From positions 64,001-128,000 of the forward strand of contig JBBRCZ010000006.1 in assembly GCA_038204425.1 (NCBI GenBank): a stretch of 64,000 nucleotides of DNA, in the 5' to 3' direction. Source of the DNA: Spirochaetia bacterium (GTDB lineage Bacteria > Spirochaetota > Spirochaetia > DSM-27196 > Salinispiraceae). The notes below the pieces were generated by a model that ran no database searches, was not told the origin of the DNA, and saw only the letters and a program-made list of their open reading frames with translations. Below, one piece after another: positions 57,316 to 64,000 of the stretch. The stretch's first letter is position 1. Each line of letters opens with the position of its first letter. Made by a program: the position numbers and the translations under genes.

Positions 57316-58143
57316 CTATCGTTCTTTCTTATAGACGGTGTTTCCAAGGTTGGTGAAGCCGTGGTCATCTGCGACCAAGGACTCAGAGTGGCCAAGCAAG
57401 AGAAATGCTCCAGGCTTGAGCACGTGGTCAAAGGCCGATACAATCTGGCCGCGATCAAAGCGATCAAAATAGATAAGAACATTTCGACAAAAAATGAGGT
57501 CAAAGCCATGTTTAAAGGGGAACGGGTGAGTGAGATTAAAGCGACCAAAACGGATCATTTCTCTTAGGTGCGGCTTAATGCCAAAACTGTCTGAACCTTT
57601 GTTGATGCACGACAGGTGAAATATTTCGGGGATATCAGCCAAGTCACTAAGTGGGTACTCAGCTAGTTGTGCCTTTTCCAAAACAGTAGTGTCTATATCG
57701 GTGGCAAGTATTTTTATACCGCCAGGAGGTGTCTGTTTTGGATGTATGTCAAGGTATCGTTTGACTACCATGGCTATCGTATAAGGCTCTTTACCACTTG
57801 AACAACCGGCACTCCATATTCTTAAATCCTGTGGCTTGTTGGCGAGAATTGCCGGCAACCAAGACTCAAAGATAAAGGCAAAGTGGTGAGGCTCGCGAAA
57901 AAAATCTGTTTTGTTGGTAGTGATGCAATTAGTTAGCTCGACCACCTCTTGATCTGTATTTCTTGGATCTTCGAGATAGGCAATATACTGACCAAAGTCT
58001 TCCAGTTTTAGCACCCTAAGGCGTTTGGATAGGCGTGAGACAATCAGCATCTTTTTGTTCTCGCTTAAGCTAATCCCAACCACTTGGTGCACAATTTCGC
58101 GCAGGCGATTAAAGTCATGGTCGTCCAAAGCGGATTCATCCAT
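57316..58143 (-). CDS. cheR: Chemotaxis methyltransferase
   Basis: TTNKTDFFREPHHF, WSAGCSSGKEPY, ATDID, FCRNVLIYF, LGHSES. Confidence 0.95.
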   Translation of the reverse strand: MDESALDDHDFNRLREIVHQVVGISLSENKKMLIVSRLSKRLRVLKLEDFGQYIAYLEDPRNTDQEVVELTNCITTNKTDFFREPHHFAFIFESWLPAILANKPQDLRIWSAGCSSGKEPYTIAMVVKRYLDIHPKQTPPGGIKILATDIDTTVLEKAQLAEYPLSDLADIPEIFHLSCINKGSDSFGIKPHLREMIRFGRFNLTHPFPFKHGFDLIFCRNVLIYFDRFDRGQIVSAFDHVLKPGAFLLLGHSESLVADDHGFTNLGNTVYKKER

Positions 58144-58145
58144 TC

Positions 58146-59918
58146 TCAAAATAGCACCACTTCCCCAGCGTCAGAGCCTTGCTCAACTTCAAAACCGCCG
58201 ATTAATCCGGCTGCTTGTTTATGCTGGTAGATGGTAAAACGTTCTATCATTTCCTGAAGTTGGCGGTTTTTCATGTTCCACTCACTAAGGCCTGCTTCGG
58301 CTAGAGACTGTGAAAAAATACTCTTCATCTGAGTATCTATGTTGTCGAGTTGTTGATGAGCGATAGCAACGTCGTCTATCAGTTGGCCCAGTCTTGTTAG
58401 TTCTGACCGAGCATCCTTAAAGCTGGCCACAAACGAGCGAGAAAAGTCACCTGTTTTTCGGATTGAGTCCATGAGCTCCTTTCGGGATCGTTCCAAGCGC
58501 GAAGTCTTGCTTCTGAAATCATCGATTAGGAACTGGCTGTAGTGCTCATGGTCAAGTTGGGTCTTGCGATAGGCCGATAGAAGTTTATTGATGTCTTTTT
58601 GGAAGACAGCGGTGATTTGCAAGCATTGTTCTACATCCTGGTTGATTTTTTGCGTTAGAACTGTCATTTCCTCAACAGTTCCTGACATTTCTTGCAGGAC
58701 TAGCTGCTTTGCGATTTCAATTCTTGAGGCTACGTCAATTGATTGAAAGCGCGAGCACAGAGACTCAAAGATCAGAAACTGGTCATTAAGGTCTTTGACT
58801 TGGCGCTCTATTTCTCGGCTCTCCTTGGCAGACTGGGACTTGCGTCTAGAAAGCTGTTGCAAATCAAGTGCAAGATCACGACAAATGGTAAGCGCATGGT
58901 TAAAACGACTAAGCAAGGTATTGCCACTTGCTAGCTCGGTTTCATTTTCCAAAAGATTAGTGCGCTCAGTCTCCAACGAGGCAAGGTCGTTTTCGGATTT
59001 TTTGATACATTCTTCAAAACCGAGCAGACAATGTACAAGCTGACTCTTAACTTCATTAAGCACAGCACCGCAAAGCCCGGGTAGCTGAGCGTAAAAAGCC
59101 AGCAGATCTAGCTTTTGGGCAAGATCATCGTCGGTGTAGGTCACGGTTTCGATCCGATTTAAGGATATGAGGCTGTGCTCAATGCTCTGACGGATTCTGT
59201 CTTGGCGTTGCACCAGACTTACCATGGTAACCAAGTTTGACTCAATGTTTGCTGCGGATTGATAGAGGCGAATAAACGAGGCACTGATCTTCATACTAAA
59301 CGAGGCTATTTCGTTTGTTGTTGTTTCAAAGTCCTGTAAAAAGCCACCCAAAATTGTGGTCTCACTGTCATCCAACCAGACCAGCGTTTCTTGAAAGGTG
59401 CCAAAACTCTGATTGAGACTTTCGCCTTTTTTGCTCACGGTGTCGGTAAGCAGGATGGTGCGGTTAGAAAGACGCTTTAGCTCCTCCGTGATATACGAGA
59501 ATGCCTTGCCTTGGCTTCCTGCTTTAAGGGCTACCGTCATGGCATTGAGCGAAACCATTTCCATTGACATCGAGTCTTCTTGTATAGTCCGGATCTTTTG
59601 GGAAAGCTGAGAGACTGACGCAAACCGTTCCGCTAGGCTGGTGAGAATCTGCTCATTGCCCTTGTTTAGCTTCTTGAGTTCTAAGCTGCTTTTTTTGGAA
59701 TAGTTTCTTAAGTCATGTAAGTGACCTACAAAGCTATCGGTGTTGTTCTCATTACCTGAGTTTAGTAGCTCCCAACTGTTTTGCAGGTCTCTTTTTAGGG
59801 CCCGCAAAAGACTAGGAAAAGTTCTTCCCAAAGACAAAAAAATTTCTTCTGTGTTGCTATCGAGTTGACGCAAGGCAGATAGTAATTGTTCTTTGATTTC
59901 TACAATTGAATTGGTCAT
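58146..59918 (-). CDS. Soluble MCP-like coiled-coil protein
   Basis: No TM; tip-like LNAMTVALKAGSQGKAFSYITEELKRLS; QRQDRIRQ; C-terminal GEVVLF. Confidence 0.7.
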   Translation of the reverse strand: MTNSIVEIKEQLLSALRQLDSNTEEIFLSLGRTFPSLLRALKRDLQNSWELLNSGNENNTDSFVGHLHDLRNYSKKSSLELKKLNKGNEQILTSLAERFASVSQLSQKIRTIQEDSMSMEMVSLNAMTVALKAGSQGKAFSYITEELKRLSNRTILLTDTVSKKGESLNQSFGTFQETLVWLDDSETTILGGFLQDFETTTNEIASFSMKISASFIRLYQSAANIESNLVTMVSLVQRQDRIRQSIEHSLISLNRIETVTYTDDDLAQKLDLLAFYAQLPGLCGAVLNEVKSQLVHCLLGFEECIKKSENDLASLETERTNLLENETELASGNTLLSRFNHALTICRDLALDLQQLSRRKSQSAKESREIERQVKDLNDQFLIFESLCSRFQSIDVASRIEIAKQLVLQEMSGTVEEMTVLTQKINQDVEQCLQITAVFQKDINKLLSAYRKTQLDHEHYSQFLIDDFRSKTSRLERSRKELMDSIRKTGDFSRSFVASFKDARSELTRLGQLIDDVAIAHQQLDNIDTQMKSIFSQSLAEAGLSEWNMKNRQLQEMIERFTIYQHKQAAGLIGGFEVEQGSDAGEVVLF

Positions 59919-59939
59919 ACTATGCTTTTAAGTATAAAT

Positions 59940-59966
59940 AAAAAACCGCCCTTGCGGACGGCTTTG
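59940..59966 (-). terminator. Intrinsic terminator after the sugar ABC ATPase gene
   Basis: Minus strand GCCGTCC-GCAA-GGGCGGT followed by a T-run. Confidence 0.8.
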
Positions 59967-60002
59967 TTTAAAATTTTGAAAAATAACTTTGCCCTTAAAT
60001 GT

Positions 60003-61103
60003 CTATTCCAAACCGATTGTAGCTTCGGTTTCGTTGTCAAAGAACAAAATACGCTCGAGGTTTGGAACCAAACGACAAGTATCGCCAACAGAAAAATCTA
60101 TGGTTGGTGGCACACGTGCGACACACTGGTGATTGCTTGTCTGGACAAAAATATGAGTTTCTGCGCCAAGTGGCTCAATAACTTCGATTTTGGCAAGAAA
60201 AGAAACGTCCTCAGTAGCCTTTGGCTCATAGTGGAAGTCTTCTGGTCTAATTCCCATCGACATTTCTTTGCCAATAAAGGGACTTAGATAGCGTATGTGA
60301 TGTGGTCCGAGTCGCAATCGAAAGCTACCTTCGTTGGCAAAAAAGGCCCCGGCTTGTTCTTCAATCTTGACTTGGAAAAAGTTCATCGGAGGCGATCCAA
60401 TAAATCCGGCCACAAAGCGGTTGATTGGCTTGTTGTACAAGGTCAAAGGGTCGCCAATCTGTTGAATAAGTCCACCGCGCATAATTACGATTTTGTCGCC
60501 CATGGTCATAGCTTCTATCTGATCGTGGGTTACGTAAATCATTGTTGCCTGTAGTCTGGTATGCAATGCTGATATTTCCGCGCGCATCTGAACACGCAGT
60601 TTGGCGTCGAGGTTGGAAAGTGGCTCGTCAAAAAGGAAAACCTTAGGATGGCGAACAATAGCGCGGCCAACAGCAACACGCTGGCGTTGACCACCAGATA
60701 GTGCTTTTGGCTTTCTTTGCAGAAGCTCAGTGATTTCAAGAATATTGGCGGCTTCCTGAACACGTTCTGCAATTACTTGCTTGTCAAACTTACGAATTTT
60801 GAGTCCAAACGCCATGTTGTCGTAAACTGACATGTGTGGATACAAAGCGTAGTTTTGAAAAACCATTGCAATGTCGCGGTCTTTTGGTGCCTTTTCGTTG
60901 ACAAGTTCGCCGTCAATAAAAAGCTGGCCGCTTGAAATTTCTTCCAAACCGGCGATCATGCGCAAGGTAGTGGTCTTACCACAACCGGACGGCCCTACCA
61001 ATACTACGAACTCCCGATCCTGGATGGTGATGTTTGCGCTCTTGACAGCGTGAACTCCACCCTCGTACATCTTGTTGATTTCTTTTAGCTCTACTGTTGC
61101 CAT
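60003..61103 (-). CDS. Carbohydrate ABC ATPase (MalK/MsmX/UgpC family)
   Basis: GPSGCGKTT, VFQNYALYPHM, LSGGQRQR, FDEPLSNLD, YVTHDQ, FIGSPPMN, C-terminal TOBE domain. Confidence 0.95.
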   Translation of the reverse strand: MATVELKEINKMYEGGVHAVKSANITIQDREFVVLVGPSGCGKTTTLRMIAGLEEISSGQLFIDGELVNEKAPKDRDIAMVFQNYALYPHMSVYDNMAFGLKIRKFDKQVIAERVQEAANILEITELLQRKPKALSGGQRQRVAVGRAIVRHPKVFLFDEPLSNLDAKLRVQMRAEISALHTRLQATMIYVTHDQIEAMTMGDKIVIMRGGLIQQIGDPLTLYNKPINRFVAGFIGSPPMNFFQVKIEEQAGAFFANEGSFRLRLGPHHIRYLSPFIGKEMSMGIRPEDFHYEPKATEDVSFLAKIEVIEPLGAETHIFVQTSNHQCVARVPPTIDFSVGDTCRLVPNLERILFFDNETEATIGLE

Positions 61104-61137
61104 TAAATGGCCTCCTGAGAATTATATTATGTCAATC

Positions 61138-61166
61138 ATCATAGGTGTGGATTGGTGCCGTGTCAA
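61138..61166 (-). promoter_or_regulatory. sigma70 promoter of the ABC ATPase
   Basis: Minus strand TTGACA-17-TATGAT; SD AGGAGG downstream. Confidence 0.75.
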
Positions 61167-61184
61167 TCTTTTTATGAGCTGCGC

Positions 61185-62486
61185 TTAGGGTTCTAATCCA
61201 TTCATTAGGTACCAACGATTTATTTCATCTCTCAAGTTTCCCACCTTGGACTTACCTGACAAAATTTGATCTTGTATCCATGGTTCAAAGACCTCACGCT
61301 TAAAGTCTTCCCATAGCAAACCACCAATTAATGGCGCTCGCATGAGATTGGATGGCGGAATAGTGCCCTTTAAACTCGGGTAAAAAGTTGGCAGATGCTT
61401 TTCGGTGATTGTTTTATTGCTAGAAAAACCACCCAAAAATCCAAAACTGTCAAAGCCACGTTTTATGAGCTCACTGAGATAGCGGTCTTGATTCTTTGGG
61501 TTGAGCATCCACAAAAGAAAGTCGCGGGCTTGGTTCTTTTTGGACGATTGCAGACTTATCCCGGCATATACGGCGTTGTCCAAGATCTGCAAATTGTTGT
61601 TGTAGAGTGGCCAGTATGGATAGAGGCCTTTTTGAGCATTGGTGCTCAGGCCAAAAAACTCGTTTGACTTGAGGTAGGCCCAAGTAAAACGACCGGTTTT
61701 GGCAAGTGAGAGCGTTGGCGTGTAGGCGAATTTGTCAAGGAAGGCTTTTTCGGCTTGGGCACCGCCCTTGGTCTGAGATGTCCATTGCAGCATGTAGTCA
61801 AGTGTTTTGGAAAGCGCTTGGTTATTCCATTCTGGAAAACCGTTTCTTGCACCTTGCAGCTCGGTGCCAAAGTACTTGCCAACTAAGGACAAAAATTCGC
61901 CCTTATAAAGTGGGCTAAAGCCCATTTTGTTGAGTGCGCCGCGTCTCTCGCTGAGGTAACCCTTGGATTTTTCTCGCAAGGAGTCAAGATCGATAGTAAA
62001 CCCGTCAAGGAAGTCTTGGCTGCCTGATGGCAAATTAGAAACCAAAAGCGGCAGATTAAAAGAAACGATAATCAGAGGCGTTTTTTTGGCACTGTCAATT
62101 CGTGAAAAAGTATACCAATCACTCTCAAAATTTTCTATTTCCGCAAAGATACTGGCAATGTCATCAAGCTTGTCGATGCTCTGTTGGTAGTAAATGCCAC
62201 TCGCCAAGACAAGGTCTGTGTCTTGGTAGAGTTCAGTAGAATTGATCTGCTCGGGCAACTGGACCAAGTCTACAAGTTTTTTGGTTTGCCCAGAATAGAG
62301 CTCGGCGAGCAAAGCAACTGATGCTTGGTTGGTGGCAATTCTTAGAGCCTGTGAACGAGCAGAACAGCCAAACAGAGCAAAGAGAGCCAGCGCTATCCCA
62401 GTAACTTTAAAAATGGCGCCGACTAAGTTATAGACTTGTATGGATTTAGACAGCAAGTTGAGCTGCCACCAAGAATATTTCTTCAT
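61185..62486 (-). CDS. Lipoprotein, divergent extracellular solute-binding-like protein (start uncertain)
   Basis: Lipobox LFGC; SKKNQARDFLLWMLNPKNQ resembles the sugar SBP family; adjacent to the ABC ATPase. Confidence 0.6.
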   Translation of the reverse strand: MKKYSWWQLNLLSKSIQVYNLVGAIFKVTGIALALFALFGCSARSQALRIATNQASVALLAELYSGQTKKLVDLVQLPEQINSTELYQDTDLVLASGIYYQQSIDKLDDIASIFAEIENFESDWYTFSRIDSAKKTPLIIVSFNLPLLVSNLPSGSQDFLDGFTIDLDSLREKSKGYLSERRGALNKMGFSPLYKGEFLSLVGKYFGTELQGARNGFPEWNNQALSKTLDYMLQWTSQTKGGAQAEKAFLDKFAYTPTLSLAKTGRFTWAYLKSNEFFGLSTNAQKGLYPYWPLYNNNLQILDNAVYAGISLQSSKKNQARDFLLWMLNPKNQDRYLSELIKRGFDSFGFLGGFSSNKTITEKHLPTFYPSLKGTIPPSNLMRAPLIGGLLWEDFKREVFEPWIQDQILSGKSKVGNLRDEINRWYLMNGLEP

Positions 62487-63756
62487 AAAGCGTGGCTAAT
62501 TCTGCCAAGTCTATGGCCGAGTAAGCAACTCTAAGGTATCGATCCTTTAAATTGATGGTTCCAATTCCACGCTCAAGCAAGGCTTGGCGCAGTTTTTCGG
62601 CATTGAGTGGGTAGCAATCAAAAGACATAAAATAGCCGGAATTAAAGGGCAACGGTTTGAGCACTTTCGTACCTGGACTATCTTTGTAGTTGGCAATAAT
62701 TTTCTTTACTTCGAAATAGCGAGCTTCAAGTTTTTTGAAGGCGGCACTTTTTTGCTCCGGGTAGGATGGATGCTCATAAGCGTTTTTGAGAATAAACTGC
62801 CCAAGGCCGGATGAATTGGAAATGCTCGATCTAATTGAGCCCATCAGTTTTTGCAAGATTGCGGCAAAATGCTTGTCGGTCATGCTTAGGTTGCCAAAGG
62901 TCACAAAACCGAGTCTAAAACCCCAGACAAAGTCCTCTTTGGTAGAACCGTCAACTTTGATGGCCAAGATGCGTTCGTGGGCCTTGGCGAGCTGTGCAAA
63001 CAAACTTTCGTTGTTGGTTTCCTTCTCGTAAAAAAGGCCAAAGTAAGCGTCGTCACAGATAACTAGTATATCGACGCCTTGGTCTGCTTTTTTGGTCAAA
63101 ATAGCTGCGATTGCTTGAGCTTCGGCCTTGTTTGGGCTGTACCCTGTCGGATTGTTGGGGAAATTTAACAAAACTGCTAGCCGCTTGTGACCTTGCTTTG
63201 GTGTGTTGGCGTCCAAGGCTTGCTCGAGCGCTTTGAGGTTAAAGCCGCCGGCCTCGTTAAACAAATCAAACTCTGCAATCGAAACATTGCGACGCGTTTC
63301 AAAAATTAGTTCATAGTTGTCCCAGTGCATATTGGGTATAATAATAGTGTCGCCAACGTTAAAGAATAGATCGGCGCACTGGAAGATGCCGTTGGTTAAG
63401 CCTGGCACGACCATTGGCAAGGAACAAGTTTTGCTGTCCAAGTTTGGATTCTTGGAGCGCATTTGCTCCAACCAGCCTTCTCTGACCGAAAGTACACCGC
63501 CGGCCGGTGCATAGGCTGCGACTTCACGCGGGCCAAGGCCAGGAACTTGCTGGGCTACGACAGGCAAAACCATCGGTTGCCGAGCCTCTACCGCCATGCC
63601 GATGGTTGCGTCAAAGCGTTTGGCTTTGCTTGCTGCCTCGGCGGCTTGGGCGACTATGCCGCGAGGGAAAAATATCTCTTTGCCAAAATCAGACAAAAGT
63701 CTGCCGCAAACGTTATTACTGAGTACCTGGTTTAGTTCTTGTGCAATTGGATTCAT
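62446..63756 (-). CDS. Class I/II PLP aminotransferase
   Basis: NFPNNPTGY, DDAYFGL, DGSTKEDFVWGFR; ATG 63756 (MNPIAQEL). Confidence 0.9.
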   Translation of the reverse strand: MNPIAQELNQVLSNNVCGRLLSDFGKEIFFPRGIVAQAAEAASKAKRFDATIGMAVEARQPMVLPVVAQQVPGLGPREVAAYAPAGGVLSVREGWLEQMRSKNPNLDSKTCSLPMVVPGLTNGIFQCADLFFNVGDTIIIPNMHWDNYELIFETRRNVSIAEFDLFNEAGGFNLKALEQALDANTPKQGHKRLAVLLNFPNNPTGYSPNKAEAQAIAAILTKKADQGVDILVICDDAYFGLFYEKETNNESLFAQLAKAHERILAIKVDGSTKEDFVWGFRLGFVTFGNLSMTDKHFAAILQKLMGSIRSSISNSSGLGQFILKNAYEHPSYPEQKSAAFKKLEARYFEVKKIIANYKDSPGTKVLKPLPFNSGYFMSFDCYPLNAEKLRQALLERGIGTINLKDRYLRVAYSAIDLAELATLYEEIFLVAAQLAV

Positions 63757-63763
63757 GGCCAAT

Positions 63764-63793
63764 AAGATACTGGGTAACAGGCAATTGGTTCAA
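63764..63793 (-). promoter_or_regulatory. sigma70 promoter, probably leaderless (aminotransferase)
   Basis: Minus strand TTGAAC-18-TATCTT, then 7 nt to ATG 63756. Confidence 0.45.
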
Positions 63794-63840
63794 GAAGCAA
63801 TTGAAATTTTGTACTTTGTGCGATTGTTTAGGTGCTCTCA

Positions 63841-63869
63841 TTGACAAGGGTGTGCGCTAGTCTTAAATT
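63841..63869 (+). promoter_or_regulatory. sigma70 promoter, probably leaderless
   Basis: TTGACA-17-TAAATT, then 8 nt to ATG 63878. Confidence 0.65.
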
Positions 63870-63877
63870 CATTTACG

Positions 63878-64000
63878 ATGGCTATTCAGAAGACTGCGCC
63901 CGTTGGCGCTGACAACAAAAATTCGGACTCAGGTTTAATAGGCTTTTTTGTAAAACTGTTTATGGGTGGCGAAGATCCTGACCGAGAAAAACGTCGTCTA
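63878..64000 (+). CDS. 5' part of a hypothetical protein (partial; possibly DUF5312-like spirochaete family)
   Basis: Open to the window end: MAIQKTAPVGADNKNSDSGLIGFFVKLFMGGEDPDREKRRL, behind a good promoter. Confidence 0.55.
   Translation, partial: MAIQKTAPVGADNKNSDSGLIGFFVKLFMGGEDPDREKRRL

Noticed and set aside
57781..57810. CheR motif reads GKEPY instead of GEEPY, possible inactivation
   Set aside because: The second Glu, which I recall as the cofactor-contacting one, and the other SAM motifs are retained
1..64000. Mobile elements, prophage, defence systems, rRNA, tRNA, riboswitches
   Set aside because: No transposase, integrase, phage, cas or restriction motifs recognised, and intergenic gaps are short; a covariance-model search would be needed to exclude small RNAs

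Overview
Gene-dense chromosomal window from a spirochaete-like bacterium, inferred from a probable FlcA flagellar-collar gene and several spirochaete-type hypothetical families. I found no rRNA, tRNA, CRISPR array or mobile element. Left to right it contains: (1) the end of a surface-polysaccharide locus (fnlABC for UDP-L-FucNAc, a GT2, rfbACDB); (2) an ATPase-less two-permease/LolA-like/beta-barrel operon divergent from wecA and two Wzi-like paralogues; (3) a pyrF-pyrE fusion, MscS, Rrf2, STAS + diguanylate cyclase, EIIA-CBS, MalY/PatB, trxB and an RsbW-like kinase; (4) a full-length but catalytically degenerate ProRS paralogue followed by UPF0158-GNAT; (5) an acyltransferase, flcA and ilvE; (6) a kinase/STAS/MCP/PP2C partner-switch operon; (7) ssb and a complete trpE-GD-CF-B-A operon; (8) envelope proteins and hom; (9) an orphan MCP-like/cheR/cheD operon; (10) sugar-ABC parts and an aminotransferase. 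Signals not in the ORF track: a 20-codon WWW leader peptide with attenuator hairpins upstream of trpE, and at least nine genes whose sigma70 -10 box lies 6-8 nt before the start codon with no Shine-Dalgarno, suggesting widespread leaderless translation. All family calls come from motif recognition by eye; no searches were run.
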